Below are positions 19,854-32,350 of a DNA stretch of 64,000 nt, in pieces. This DNA comes from Candidatus Bathyarchaeota archaeon. Its GTDB lineage: Archaea; Thermoproteota; Bathyarchaeia; Bathyarchaeales; Bathycorpusculaceae. The stretch spans positions 32,001-96,000 of the forward strand of contig CAWDYC010000008.1 in assembly GCA_963806535.1 (NCBI GenBank). The letters run 5' to 3'. Both the position numbers and the translations under genes were made by a program. Numbering within the stretch: the first letter of the stretch is position 1; each line of letters opens with the position of its first letter. The notes beneath the pieces were generated by a model. The model made no database searches. It was given only the letters and a program-made list of their open reading frames with translations, and had not been told where the DNA came from.

Positions 19854-19955
19854 CTTTTTCTCGTAAATAAGTACAATTGTTTCTGTGTTGGTTCAAAATA
19901 ATGTTACCTTTTTTAGAGACGGCTGCCGATTAACCGTTTAAGGGGACAAAATATT

Positions 19956-20207
19956 ATGACTGAAGGAAAAATTGAGCAATTAATTAAGCAAAAAAGGGCT
20001 TTTTTGAAGTCATCAGTAAAGGATTATTCTGCAGGCGGTAATGACATGCTTGATGATGTTGGAGCACTGATTGAAGAGGCAAAAGCAGAAATTACCAATC
20101 GACTGGACCTTGCAAGCTGTTTAAAGGAAGAGTCAGAAGTGGCTTGGCGCAAAGAATGCATTTCAGTATTCGAAGATTGGCTTGAAAAGTGGTTCGGTAA
20201 ACCCTAA
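19956..20207 (+). CDS. hypothetical protein
   Basis: 83-aa ORF with RBS; ends W.EKWFG. Confidence 0.6.
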   Translation: MTEGKIEQLIKQKRAFLKSSVKDYSAGGNDMLDDVGALIEEAKAEITNRLDLASCLKEESEVAWRKECISVFEDWLEKWFGKP

Positions 20208-20261
20208 TTTTTCAAAAATCATCTTAGTCAACCAGTAAGGTTTTTCAGCGCGAGGCTAAAT

Positions 20262-21267
20262 ATGGAAAAAGAAAAGCCCAATAAAGCACTCAGCAAAATC
20301 AAAGTTATTCCTTTGGCAGCCGAAAGCTTCGGTGTCCGATCCATGTGCACAATGGTAGAAACCCCAGACGTTACCTTGCTTTTGGATGCTGGAATATCAC
20401 TTTGCCCCTACCGATTTGGCTTGCCGCCTCATCCAATCGAGTTTCAGACAATAATTAGATTGCGCAAAAAAATAGCTGAAGCCGCAAACAAAGCAGAGGT
20501 TGTAACAATCAGTCATTATCACTTTGACCATCATACGCCATCATTCGAGGATTGGGTTGTAAACTGGACAGAAGCAAATGAAACCGCACAGCAAATTTAT
20601 GAGGGAAAAAAGGTGCTTATGAAAAATCCCCGGGACAAAATAAATGCTAGCCAAAGGGAAAGGGCGTGGGTTTTCCAAAAGACAGGAGGCAAATATGCTA
20701 AGAAGTTGGAATCGGCGGATGGAAAAGCATTTGCTTTCGGCAGTACACTTGGTGCGATTTTCTGAATCTGTGGTTCACGGCTCTGACGATGCGATGCTCG
20801 GTTGGGTGATAATGGCGATAATTGAGCATGAGGGTGAACGGTTCATGTTTGCACCTGACATTCAAGGACCAATGTCAAAGCATACGTTTGAGTTGATTTT
20901 GGAGGCGAAGTCAGACCTTATTATGCTTGGTGGACCGCCTCTTTATCTTGCAGGTTCAAGAGTTGACATGAATCGGATTAATGAAGGCTTAAGCAATTTA
21001 GAAGGCATTGTGGAAGCGGTGCCAACAGTTATTGTTGAGCATCATGCGTTACGAGACGAGGCTTGGAAGCAAAAAGCAATGTCTATTTATCTGAAAGCTC
21101 AGGCCACGGATCATAGAGTTATGACTGCAGCAGAGTACATAGGTAACGAAAACTTCTTCTTGGAATCCAAGCGTAAGCAACTCTATCTTGATTTTCCACC
21201 TTCAGATGAGTTTAAGCAGTGGATGAAGACATTAAATAATGAAAAAATCGCGAAACCGCCAATTTAA
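20262..21267 (+). CDS. metallo-beta-lactamase-fold hydrolase (UPF0282-like), frameshifted
   Basis: AAESFGVRSM, ISHYHFDHH, PDIQGP, EHHALRD. Confidence 0.85.
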
Positions 21268-21279
21268 GGATGAAAAGCT

Positions 21280-21961
21280 TTGTTTGAATTGAGTTTAGCC
21301 GCTTTTATTGCTTCATTTGTATTGGTTGTTTTGGCGGAGATGGGGGATAAAACCCAATTTTTAGCTATGTCTTTCGCCACTCGACACAACGTCTACAAAG
21401 TAATTCTCGGAATCTTCTATAGCCATTGTCGCCTGTTTTGCAATAACTGTAGCCGTAGGTCAATTCTTAACAACAATCATACCCATCGACATAATATCGT
21501 TAGCTGCTTCACTTTCATTCATCGGTTTCGGCTTATGGACCATTAGAGGAGACAAACAAAAAGTTGAGAATAAAAAACCTTCTCGATTTGGAGTTACTCG
21601 CAACCGTAGCCATAGCATTTTTCATTGCGGAGTTCGGCGACAAAACCCAACTTGCAACCATCAGTTTAGTTGCACAATACCAGAACGCAATAAGCGTTTT
21701 TGTTGGAGCGTCCATTGCAATGTTGGTTGCTGATGGCTTGGGAATAATTGTCGGAGTAGTTTTTTGTAAGCGAATTCCAGAGCGGACTTTCAAGTGGCTT
21801 TCAGCAGTCAATATTTGTGATATTCGGGTTAATTGGTTTATATGAAGTTCTGCCTGCCAAAATTGGATTAGACTACACGGCAATAACTCTTGTTGTACTG
21901 ATTGTTTTTTCAGTCTCTGCAATGTTGATTCTGGCAAGAAAACAAAGAATAACAAATAATT
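21280..21961 (+). CDS. TMEM165/GDT1 (UPF0016) cation transporter, several frameshifts
   Basis: Two E(M/F)GDKTQ motifs. Confidence 0.85.
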
Positions 21962-22209
21962 CGCAGAAAGCATAACCTTGCAAGGATCCAAACACCAATA
22001 ATAAAAGCCAAATCTAAAAAAAATTCGATAGAACAAAATGGTCAGCCTTTTATAGAATTTTAAAAATTAAATTTGGCAAATGCAGACTTAACCTAACGCA
22101 AACTAAAATTTTCGGAAGAGAGAGGGGGAACATGGCGCTTGCGTTTCAGTTAACCGTTGATTTGCCAAAACGCTTCAGATTTTTTTAGAATCCTATGCGT
22201 TTTCTACAC

Positions 22210-22975
22210 TTAATAGTGTGGCTTTGCAATAAAAATTGATGTGACTGTACTAGCACTACAACAAGTTACAACGTGTTTTTTAGGTCTTCGAATGGGCATA
22301 AGGGCAGCTTTCGCAGCACCTTTTTTTGATGTTGATGTTCTAGGCTTTAACATGACAACGGCTTTCTTCAGATCCAAAGGAGTAATTATCCTAAAGAACG
22401 TTTTGAAATCTGGATCCAACTGCTCAATCACCATCGTTGACATGTAGCGAACCCCATGCAATCTATCAACTATAGCTTCTACATCACGCTCACCGTTTGC
22501 CAACGCTTCTTTAGCAGCCTCCAAAGCCAACTTTAGTATTATAAACGGCATGCAAAGCTTCAACCTCACAATCAGGCGATCTTGCAATATCCGCTGATTT
22601 GCCCACGCCACAATCAAAAAGCAAAGTCACCACATCTTGGGAAACAAATGGGGAATCAAACGGCAAAAGCAATGAGTATTTTCCCTCAGCCGCTTCAAAA
22701 CCTGCCAAAGCAGCACCTAAAAGCCCCATTGATTCATCAGCATCACAAACAAATCTAACCTTAGGCGAAACAATTTTAGCGTACGAATCTGCGCGTTCTT
22801 TCGAGGTGGTGACAATAATTATTTCTTCAGCAATGCCTTTCACAGCATCAACAACATATTTCAACAAGGGCTTATTATCCAGAATCAATAACCCTTTGTC
22901 TTCCCCGAATTTGCTCGAGGAATCAACTGCTAAAATGATTACTGATTTATCCAAACAGCAAACGTCTCCAACCAT
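22210..22975 (-). CDS. mobA: molybdenum cofactor guanylyltransferase MobA-like, frameshifted
   Basis: IILA..SSKFGEDKGL, LPFDSPF, EALHAVY. Confidence 0.7.
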
Positions 22976-23036
22976 AAATTACAAAACAAGTTAAAAAACA
23001 TACGGAGAAGAAAAAAGAAAAAGAAAATGCTTTTTA

Positions 23037-23820
23037 CTAGTTTACTTCGTTGTCTTCTATTTTTCTTGCCATTTCAGCCAATATCTTCGTGAATGGGTGG
23101 TCTGGTTTGTCTTGAACGAAAATCAGGTTTCCTTCAGCTCGTAGTATCTCACAGAAGCAGGGTAAAATGCCGAGCATAGGGACTTGGTATATCTGTTTTT
23201 ATTTTGGCAGCCATTTCAGCTTTCTTAGATGTTGCTGAGGGATCAAGTACCTTGTTCATGACTAAGCCTGTTTTCTTCTCAAACAGATTGTATAGTTCTT
23301 TTAGCATGCGTTTTGTTCCGTCTACGTCAGAGCGGTCGCCAGTGGTTGCTACAACTACGAAGTCAGCTGCGACAATAGCGTTTATTGAGGAATATTGTAA
23401 GCCTGGGCTTGTATCAAAGAACAAGTAATCGAACCCTTGTTCTCCAATCAATGATTCTCTGAGGGCAAGGAGTCTGCCTAAGGCCCGCATTTCCCATTTG
23501 CGATCTTTTGAGGACATGTCACGAATTGCTTCAGTTGCGGGATTTGCTAAACCAGCATAGAACTTTCCGTTGCCAGATATTTTGCTACTTAAGATCTAAT
23601 AAGTACATTGTCAACATCGGCAGTTGCTGTTCAAATAATCGTTAAACCAAACTTCAGAGTTTTCAGCTTTTAATATGGCAAATAAGCTTGGTGCTCTAAA
23701 GTCTAAATCGAAAATAGCAACTTTTTTGCCATCTTTAGCAAAGGTTGCGGCTAAATTGACTGATAGAAGTGTTTTTCCTGTTCCGCCTTTATATGAGTGT
23801 ACTGCGATTATTTTTCCCAT
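23037..23820 (-). CDS. MinD/ParA-family ATPase, frameshifted
   Basis: KGGTGKT, DLD, DTSPG. Confidence 0.85.
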
Positions 23821-23826
23821 AATATC

Positions 23827-24210
23827 TCAACCTTGTGTTTCCCTATCAATGAAAAAATACGCTTTTCTTCCCTTGCGCTCTTTTTTAAGGTAACCCATGA
23901 TTACGAGCTGATTAAGATACGCGCTTTCTACTGCTCTTGCTCGACTTGTTTGCCCAGCGATTTCTTCAGCCGTTGCTCTTGCGCATCTGCAAATTGCCAT
24001 GGCTGTTTTTCGCAGGTGATCAGGCATCGAGAGAAGTGTCATAACATCAAGAGATGCATCAGGCAGACCAGGCGCAGACTTTTGATTGTCACTGCCAGTT
24101 TTCTGAATTTCAATAATAACTTCCATCTTATCATTTAACCGCTCAAGACTTTCTTCAATCTTTTCAAGAATATTCAAAGGTCTTTTGGTTATTGCTTGAT
24201 CTTTAATCAT
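23827..24210 (-). CDS. HTH transcriptional regulator
   Basis: ATAEEIA...RARAVESAYLNQL..MGYL.K.RKGRK. Confidence 0.75.
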   Translation of the reverse strand: MIKDQAITKRPLNILEKIEESLERLNDKMEVIIEIQKTGSDNQKSAPGLPDASLDVMTLLSMPDHLRKTAMAICRCARATAEEIAGQTSRARAVESAYLNQLVIMGYLKKERKGRKAYFFIDRETQG

Positions 24211-24374
24211 TAATTACCCTCGAAGTGTTTTGCAGGTATACAGATAGTGACTGAAAACTGTTTATTAAGTATTACGATACAGTAATACTGATTTCAAAAC
24301 AAGAAAAAAATCTATTCATCAATTTTGCAAGCTAATAAATTAATTAAATTAGAAAACAAAACAAGAAAAAGTGT

Positions 24375-24719
24375 TTAGTAGGGAATCATTACTTGACTTC
24401 TTGCTTCCTCTACTATGGGTAAGACTTGTTTTAGCTCTTTGAAGTATTTCAGAACAGTTATTCCTCGTTGTGAAACGGCGTAAACAACCCGTCGTTTTCC
24501 AACGGTACGTTCTTCAACCAAGCCTTGCTTTATGAGAAAATCAAGATATTCCTTGAGGACACTGCAGTTAACGTTAGCTTTGTACATTACATGTGTTAGC
24601 TTTAGCGGTCCTCTTTGTGCCAGAACTGAAAGAATATCGACATACATTTCTAGTTTTGAACGACGCACTTCTTTATTCCTCTTGTTTTCTCCACTATTCA
24701 TGTTTTTAATATAAATCAT
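24375..24719 (-). CDS. winged-helix transcription factor (RRS..E..DIL family)
   Basis: RRSKLEMYVDIL, THVMYKANVN, YL..L...GL. Confidence 0.8.
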   Translation of the reverse strand: MIYIKNMNSGENKRNKEVRRSKLEMYVDILSVLAQRGPLKLTHVMYKANVNCSVLKEYLDFLIKQGLVEERTVGKRRVVYAVSQRGITVLKYFKELKQVLPIVEEARSQVMIPY

Positions 24720-24759
24720 TTATGTATTACTAATCTGCATATAATCCATATGCACACTG

Positions 24760-24939
24760 CTAATTATCGGCTTTTCTGCTTGCTTGGTTTAACACATTTA
24801 ATCTATTTTCGAATGCAGTAACCATGTCATCTAGCAATATTTCACGCAATTCTGTCGTCAATCCGTTGATTTCCGAATGAAAAACATCAGCTAATTTAGA
24901 TTCTATTTGTTTCCGATCTTTACTTGGAATTTGTTTCAT
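24760..24939 (-). CDS. 59-aa helical protein (below the ORF-track cutoff)
   Basis: GGAGG RBS; MKQIPSKDRKQIESKLADVF...ILLDDMVTAFENRL. Confidence 0.6.
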   Translation of the reverse strand: MKQIPSKDRKQIESKLADVFHSEINGLTTELREILLDDMVTAFENRLNVLNQASRKADN

Positions 24940-25391
24940 TTACTTTCCTCCAAATTATCCTTAGCACCCAATTAGTCGAACGGTATTTAACTAACTTATG
25001 AAGCCAATCTATGAATCTAAAATTAATACTAAAAATAAGAAACGTGAAAGTTAACGGCAAGCATTTTCGACGGTTCTTATCTCAGACCATACATCATGTG
25101 AAGCAGTGTAGTTGTCTGAATTTTATTTTAAGTGCGAATTTCAGCACCATAAATTTATTGCAAAATGCACCAATTAAGCGTAAAACAGATTGTTATACAT
25201 ACAATTCGTCGATTGCAGATATCATTTTAAAAGAAGTTGTTGTCGTTCAGCAATCACATATTAATTTAAATGTGCTTGAGTATCATACTGCAGCGAAGGC
25301 GCAGATTTACATGCCACCATAACGTAGTTTTAGGAAGTTGGTTTTTATATGTTAATTTCTAACTAAGGAGAAATCTTGGAAAGTCCTGCTT

Positions 25392-25586
25392 ATGAAAGGA
25401 TACGTTCTAAATGATCAAGTAAGAGCTGAACAATGTGAAAACTGCAAATCAAAAAGTCAGGTATTAACAACTAACTTTAGCAATCCTAACTTGTTTTTGT
25501 ACGGATGCAAAGACAGCAAATGCAGGCATAGACTTTTGCGGCTAGATTTTGATTTAGAAGAAATTCCTCAAATTGCGAACAGCTAA
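25392..25586 (+). CDS. small Cys-containing protein
   Basis: 64 aa; CENC and C....C. Confidence 0.45.
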   Translation: MKGYVLNDQVRAEQCENCKSKSQVLTTNFSNPNLFLYGCKDSKCRHRLLRLDFDLEEIPQIANS

Positions 25587-26005
25587 ATTTTTAGCAAGAA
25601 AGCGCCTGCATTTTCGTCGTGATTATTTCGAACAAAACTCTATTTAATTCTCTAGTTGTTTCATCATCCAACAACATCATAAAAATAGTCTTTCCCCTCT
25701 AATTTCAACGTTGGTTCAAGTTGGGACAGTACAGAATTCTAGCTTAGCTTTTTCAGGAATAGTCTGAATCACTTTGGCATCAGGAATGTTAAATAATCCT
25801 TTCATGGCGCCTGTCCAATCTGCAATCAACAAGTACTATTACCTTGACCAAAAAGGTTTTGCAGGCATTATTAACCAAGTGGATATATTTTGTTTCGAGG
25901 AAGTCTAAAATTGAAAATTCAAATCGTTTGATAAGTAATCGTTAAGTAAGAGTTTAATGTTGAAATGCACCCAACAGGCGACGTTTCTTTAAATGAATTA
26001 GCCTT

Positions 26006-26623
26006 ATGGCACTTTTAATTGGAGCAGCACTCGTGGGGGGACTGCATATGTCGGCTCCTGACCATTGGGTTACTCTTTGCCTTTTAGGGCAATCATCAAA
26101 ATGGAGCCGAAGAAAACTCTTTAACATTTCTCTTATCACTGCAGTGGGTTCTGCATTATTTTCGGCTGGGCTAGGATTAGCTATTGTTGCGTTAGGAGTT
26201 GTTTTTTCGAGTTTAGTTACATTTTATCTATTTTTTCCATAGGTTAATAATGCTTGCAGTGGGTTGCTAATTGGAATCAGATCATTATTTGAAAAAGAAA
26301 CACGGGAAGTCATTCCTGAACAGAAATTATCAGTCCGACAGAGAAACAATAGTACAACAAAGCTCAGTGGAATCATCTATTTTGCTGTCCTTGGAGCAGC
26401 GCTGTGGCTTGACATTAGCATTACACCTGTCTTTCTAGCGGCAATTCCTGCTGGCTTAATTTTTGGACTTTACCTCGTCTTAGTATTTGTGGTAACTTCA
26501 ATTCTTTTTCAGTTGATCCTGTTTCAAGTTGGAATAAGAGGATTCACCAACACATTTGAACATATCCAAGAAAAATAGAATGATGAAATCATGGGCTTCG
26601 TTATTGCGGCAATAGGAAGCTAA
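26006..26623 (+). CDS. NiCoT/UreH-like metal transporter, interrupted
   Basis: GLHMSAPDHW motif, multiple TM helices. Confidence 0.6.
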
Positions 26624-26788
26624 ATCATATTTACTGCACAAGCTCTGGTAATTTAGAGGCTTCTTGATTCTCTAAATTTGATTTCCAAAACTTCATTTGC
26701 CTTAGGCGACTGGAAACAGAGCTTTTCAAAGAAATGCTTTACCACCACATTTTAATATCTTAGATGGCTCAATTTTTTAGGTGAAAAA

Positions 26789-27234
26789 ATGGAAAGCATA
26801 ACACCTTTTATGATACCTGAAAACGATGCAAATAAAACCCGTAAAAAAATAGCAGTTGAATTTCTCAGTTTAGTTGGTTCAGGAAGACCAAAGGATGGAC
26901 TACATTTTTTTGCCTCTGACTGTAAAACTCACAACCCATATGTCGTGGGCGGGATGAAGGAATTAATCGATGCAATGATTGCAGTTCAAAAACAAGGCTG
27001 CTGAAGGAATTATAAAAGGGTCAAAAGCAGATTTTAAATTAGGCATAAAGCAGGTTCTTGCTGATGGTGACCTAGTTGCGGTGCATACAATAATTTCAAG
27101 TTCCAAACCAAGTGAAGGAGGATTAAGGCAAGTTCATCTTTTCCGTTTTAGCGGAGATAAAATTGTCGAGTACTGGGACATAACCCAAGACAGTTCATGA
27201 AAACATGCCTAACGCAGTCGAAGCATTCTCCTAA
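26789..27234 (+). CDS. SnoaL/NTF2-like protein, frameshifted
   Basis: THNPY, DGDLVAVH, FRF...KIVEYWD. Confidence 0.8.
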
Positions 27235-27369
27235 TAGATAATAAGGCAAGCAACAAAACGTTTCCCAGAGATAAAAAAATTAGTTATTGTGTAGTTACAG
27301 CCACAAACCGTTAAGTTCAAAGCTTTCAAGCATTATATAAGCATAAACAAGTTCTTGGAAAGATGAAAA

Positions 27370-27937
27370 ATGAGTCAACAACCCACCGAAGAAAAAAATT
27401 TGGAAGTTGCAACCCTTGCCGCCGGCTGCTTCTGGTGCACAGAAGCCGCTTTCCAGATTATAAAGGGAGTTGAGAGGATTGAGCCTGGATACACAGGCGG
27501 AAATGTGATCAATCCGTCTTATGAGCAGGTTTCAACTGGCACGACCGGTCATGCTGAGGCAGCGCAGATATATTTTGACCCTAAAGTAATCAGTTACAAA
27601 GAAATTTTGGAGATTTACTTTGCAATGCATGATCCCACTTCAATAAATCGCCAAGGCGCAGACGTTGGAACACAATATAGATCAGCAATTTTCTACCATA
27701 ACCAAGAGCAGAAAGCAACAGCTGAAGCATTAATTGCAGAATTAAGCAAGGAAGGCATTTGGAACAAACCCATAGTTACCAGCGTTGAGCCGCTTGAAAG
27801 TGTTTTACAAAGCTGAAACCTACCACAAGGATTACTACAAAAAACACCCAAAAGAGCCATACTGCCAAGTTGTAATTGCCCCAAAAATCGCCAAACTACA
27901 ACAACGGTTCTTTGATAAAATCAAGGTGCCATTGTGA
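27370..27937 (+). CDS. msrA: peptide-methionine (S)-S-oxide reductase, frameshifted
   Basis: GCFWC, GHAE, RQGADVGTQYRS, AE.YH..YY in a second frame. Confidence 0.93.
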
Positions 27938-28510
27938 TAACAGAAAACAACTCTCAACCAGCGCAGACGAAGTCTTAAGACAAATTGAAGCGGCATCAGA
28001 AAAGCGAGTTTCTGCCAATTATAGGATCCATAAATGGCAAGATCTTGGCTCAAGAAATACGGAAAGCTAAACCCCAACATGTTTTGGAAGTCGGCACTTT
28101 GATCGGTTACTCAGCGATTCTCATGGGAAAAGAATTAGATAAAAACTCGGAGATAGTGACGATTGAGATTCATCGCGATGAGGCAGAGATGGCTGGAGAA
28201 AATATTGTTAAGGCAAACATACCAGCTGAAAGTTAAGATTATCACGGGTGACGCCTTAAAAGTGATTCCAACTTTAAAGGGCATTTTTGATTTTGCCTTT
28301 ATTGATGCCGAAAAAAGTGAGTATTTCCAGTACCTTAAGTCAGCAGAGGATAAACTTTGTAAAGGGGCGGTTGTTTTTGCTGATAATGCTGGAATCTTCT
28401 CTGACCAAATGTATGATTATTTGGATTATGTCAGGAATTCGGGCAATTACAAGAGCAGGTATGTGCAAGTAGGCAACGATGGCGTAGAAATTAGTGTGAA
28501 GCAAAGTTAG
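27934..28510 (+). CDS. O-methyltransferase (YrrM-like), frameshifted
   Basis: VLEVGTLIGYS, FIDAEK, DN. Confidence 0.85.
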
Positions 28511-29391
28511 CGGGTAACATTAAACAATTTTACCTGAATGTTTTAATGATTGCGACGGTTTTTTGTGTTTGGGTGGGCGATGACGACTCTGGCCCCGAAG
28601 ACTATACTGGATGATGAGGATCTTGAGTGCGGAAAGGTAAAAATAATAACCTAAAAGTTAGCAGTTTTGCCTTCAAGAGCCTACCTATTTTTGTAGACGG
28701 ACGTGACCTTCTTTTACTTTTTGTCTTTTGACTGTTGGATTGGTAGGTTAAAATGTTGTAGTAAAATAGCGTCTCAAGTGTCTAGTATGCAACTGAAAAC
28801 TGACTTTTACAGAAAAAAAACAAAGCAATTCATGTTTTGGGATGCCAATTAAATTATCCTTGAACCGATTTGCGCGGTGAATCTGTTAATCTGATTTGAC
28901 ACTCATAACAAAAAGCTTCCTCTACAACCCATTCAACTATATCATTTTCGGATGTCGGTTTTTTCTTCATTCTGTATCAAATATACTAATTTAGTTAGCA
29001 ACTTAAGGACTGTGAACCTCTAATTAGTATTTGAAATTCCATTTTTGGAAGTTGACAATCGCTACGTAAATAGCACTAATTGCCGTTTAACGTCATAACA
29101 AAACTAATCAACAAGCCCTTTTTCTCGTTTATTTTTGATTCACGAAAAGAAATATCAATAGGCATACTCAAATAATCATGTTACAATAGTAAACAAAAGG
29201 TTGAGAATATCTTGAGAAACAAAGGAAACAAGTACTATCAAAACACTCATGGAAACGTTTTCAAAAGGAAAACAAACGATAAAAACCGAAAGAAAAAAAT
29301 ATTAATGAAGAAAAATTCGAAAGTTATTAGAGCTCCAGTGGCTACTACTGACCCTGTTTAAAATGAATTGAGTTCAGGGTCATACAATAAA

Positions 29392-29784
29392 TTATTTAGA
29401 TGCGGATTCTGCAATTTCCACAATACCCGCGATGTTTTTAAGTAGCTCGTCCGGAATATTGTGGCGTTCTTTTAGATAATGCGGAGTGTTATAAGTTACC
29501 CATACTTTTCCTTGTGCATCTTCAGAAACCATAATTTTCAGCGGGAAATCTAGAGCAAGAGTAGGTGCGGCAATCATCAAGGGGGTACCTGCTTTTGGGT
29601 TACCAAAGATGAGCAATTGGGTCGGGTTCATTTTTAAGCCAGCATTCTGGGCATCTGCGCTAAAATTTATGGTCGCGAAAAGGGTAAGTCCTCGGGACAT
29701 GACAGTGGATTTTAGCCGTTCAAATGTGTCTCCGAAAGAATGTTCACTTTGCACCTGCACGATTCCTTTTTTAAAAGTTGACAA
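29392..29784 (-). CDS. DUF302 domain protein
   Basis: FGNPKAGTPLM, ALDFPLK. Confidence 0.85.
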   Translation of the reverse strand: MSTFKKGIVQVQSEHSFGDTFERLKSTVMSRGLTLFATINFSADAQNAGLKMNPTQLLIFGNPKAGTPLMIAAPTLALDFPLKIMVSEDAQGKVWVTYNTPHYLKERHNIPDELLKNIAGIVEIAESASK

Positions 29785-29817
29785 TCGTGAATCACTATAA
29801 ATGATTTACTCTCGCAG

Positions 29818-30708
29818 CTAATTATTGCTTTTGCGATGAGATTTTAGCGCTTCAATCATTTGCCTGCTATTCACTAAAATCAGCGAAACCAACATTACCA
29901 GCGGTATCCAAGCGGGTGTATAAATAGGCGTTGAGCCACCCGAACCAAAAACCATATCCACAAAACCCTGTGAAGTACCTGGATAAAAAACCATAAAATT
30001 AGTCCCTATTAACGCTATGATCATAGGAATGAAAGAAGCTTTCAACTTGCCTTTATTATAGAAAAGAAACAGAGGCAACGCCAAAAGAGCAAATCGCGGA
30101 TCAAACGCTCCCAATGCAAAAGCGACCCCTGAAAGAACAGGTCGACCTTTATAGCCAAAATAAAATGAAACAAGCAAAAGAAAAGAAAGAAAAATTTTAG
30201 CTTGACCTTCTGCCCAACTCATAAAATAACTCACAGATAACCCTCTACCCGGCATCGGGTAAGGCAACAGCAGAACAAGAACTAAAATCAAGAAGGCAAT
30301 AGCCGGATTTTTCTTTTCGAGCAGCGTATAAAGCAGAAATGCCATCAATGGGAGAAGGGCAAACTGGAACGCATCAAAAAACCAGAATGCTGGATAATAG
30401 CTAAGGTTGATGAGTGGAGAAATCAGAACGAGGAAAGAGGGCAGGTACTTGTAAGGTGTTAAGGAAGGGTATATGGTTGGTTCGCCGTCAGCTAGGTGGC
30501 CAGTGGTGAATATTTGGGATGGATTGTGAAACATTCGCCAAGTTGCTATGTAGTAGACGGAGAAATCCCGTGGCAGGTCTGCTCCGCCTATGTTGAGCGG
30601 ATGATTCATTGTTGGGTAAGCTACGGAAAGTGTGTAGAAATTTAAGCCTATTATGATAATAATTGCTAAAGCAAAAAGAAGTTTTTTCGACTTAAGACAG
30701 TGAAACAT
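29818..30708 (-). CDS. polytopic GT-C/GT87-like membrane glycosyltransferase
   Basis: DFSVYY, YKYLP, GQ motifs, many TM helices. Confidence 0.6.
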   Translation of the reverse strand: MFHCLKSKKLLFALAIIIIIGLNFYTLSVAYPTMNHPLNIGGADLPRDFSVYYIATWRMFHNPSQIFTTGHLADGEPTIYPSLTPYKYLPSFLVLISPLINLSYYPAFWFFDAFQFALLPLMAFLLYTLLEKKNPAIAFLILVLVLLLPYPMPGRGLSVSYFMSWAEGQAKIFLSFLLLVSFYFGYKGRPVLSGVAFALGAFDPRFALLALPLFLFYNKGKLKASFIPMIIALIGTNFMVFYPGTSQGFVDMVFGSGGSTPIYTPAWIPLVMLVSLILVNSRQMIEALKSHRKSNN

Positions 30709-30863
30709 GCAAAGCTACAGTAGCGGTTCTCGTTCTTTGCTTATTAGCATTTACCCTTCGTTATAATTTTAGCTAAAATGTCTGGTTCTCTTACCTACTA
30801 GTACATTCGCTTACAAATACTGTTAAAAACTGGGCAAAACAATAACTTGAGTGGGGTGAAACA

Positions 30864-31511
30864 GTGACCTTGCAAAAGTCTTCGCTTGCGTTGCTTCTAT
30901 CGTTTGTTATTATTTTCTCTTTTGTAGCCGCTATTCAGATGGAGAAAAATAATGTATTAGTGAACAATGCAATCAGTCGTTTAACAGCATTCTCGGAAAA
31001 TCAAATAGCTTACCAAGACGTTGCCAAAGAATCGCCTGTTTCAATAATTAATAGTTCATCAACCCGACTAGCTGTCTACGATTTTATCTCTGCTAATCCA
31101 GGAGTTCAATTCAGAGGTATCTGCGCCGGATTAAGCATTGCTATTGGAACGGCAGAATTCCATTTAGGCGTGCTCAAAAAAGCTGGATTAATTTCATTTG
31201 TTCGGGATGGTAAATATAAGCGATTTTTCGTTTCGAAAAAATTTTCGTTGAAGGAAATGAAGCTAATTTCGCTTTTGCGCCATGACACGATAAGAAACAT
31301 TATCAAGAAAATAGGCACCGAGAAAGCAGTTCCTCACAGCAAATTAGCGTCTCATCTCTGCATAACTTCTCAAGGCTTAACTTGGCAAATTAACCGACTT
31401 AGAGAAGAAGGTATTATTAATGAAACCAGTAATGGAATAAGAATTACTTATTCCTTAAACGAAACGTACGTTCAGGTGGTGCCTGAACTCCTTTGCATAA
31501 TAGAGCAATGA
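30864..31511 (+). CDS. double winged-helix regulator with an N-terminal hydrophobic anchor
   Basis: R..VYDFI..NPG..FR...FHL..L...G; second wHTH LTWQINRL.EEG. Confidence 0.75.
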   Translation: MTLQKSSLALLLSFVIIFSFVAAIQMEKNNVLVNNAISRLTAFSENQIAYQDVAKESPVSIINSSSTRLAVYDFISANPGVQFRGICAGLSIAIGTAEFHLGVLKKAGLISFVRDGKYKRFFVSKKFSLKEMKLISLLRHDTIRNIIKKIGTEKAVPHSKLASHLCITSQGLTWQINRLREEGIINETSNGIRITYSLNETYVQVVPELLCIIEQ

Positions 31512-31656
31512 TGCAGAGTCTTTTCCGCCACTATTAATAAAAATATTTCAGATACCTCAACTTAAGAGATTAAAGGATCAACCATGTAAGCAAATGTACC
31601 TCAACTATATTATCAATTACAATTAACGTCTTTCTGAGTGAAAGAGGAAGTCGAAA

Positions 31657-32350
31657 TGCTCAGCAGACGAAGATAGCATGGTTTATACGGAAGCTTTGGA
31701 AAAAATCTACCAAATAGGCTCCGAAAAAATTGATAGTTCTAAAAGACATAACCTTGTCAATACCCAAAGCAAAATTTATCGCTCTCTGTGGACCATCAGG
31801 TTCAGGCAAAACTACTTTACTAAACATCATTGGCGGAATTGATAAGCCAACAAGCGGCAAAATTGTTGTGGCAGGTCAAGATTTAACTGTTAAAGATGAA
31901 GATTTTCTGTCAGAATTTCGATGCAACAATGTTGGTTTTGTTTTCCAAGCCTATAATCTTGTTTCAACTTTAACGATGGCTGAAAATGTTGCTTTTCCAA
32001 TGGAGTGGACTCGAAAGCCTGAGGCGGAAATTGAAAAACGCGTATCTGAATTGCTAGAAACGGTTGGTTTGCAGCATCGAGCAAATCATTTTCCTTCGCA
32101 ACTTAGCGGAGGAGAACAACAAAGAGTAGCTTTCGCTAGGGCGTTAGCCAATGACCCGCAGCTGATTCTCGCAGATGAGCCTACAGGCAATTTAGACACA
32201 AAAAACGCTCAAAAAATAATTCAGGTTCTCCAAATATTGAAGGCACAGGGAAAAACAATTATTGTTTCTACCCATGACATGCAAATAACACAGTTGGCTG
32301 ACCAAGTTTTGTGCCTCAAAGAAGGCAGATTGGCGAGCGAAAATGAGTAG
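31657..32350 (+). CDS. ABC ATP-binding protein (LolD/MacB-like)
   Basis: [26 protein letters not shown]. Confidence 0.92.

Noticed and set aside
28575-28630. Possible C/D box sRNA (ATGACGA...CCGA...ATGATGA...TTGA)
   Set aside because: Box spacing and D boxes are non-canonical and the guide segments are too short.
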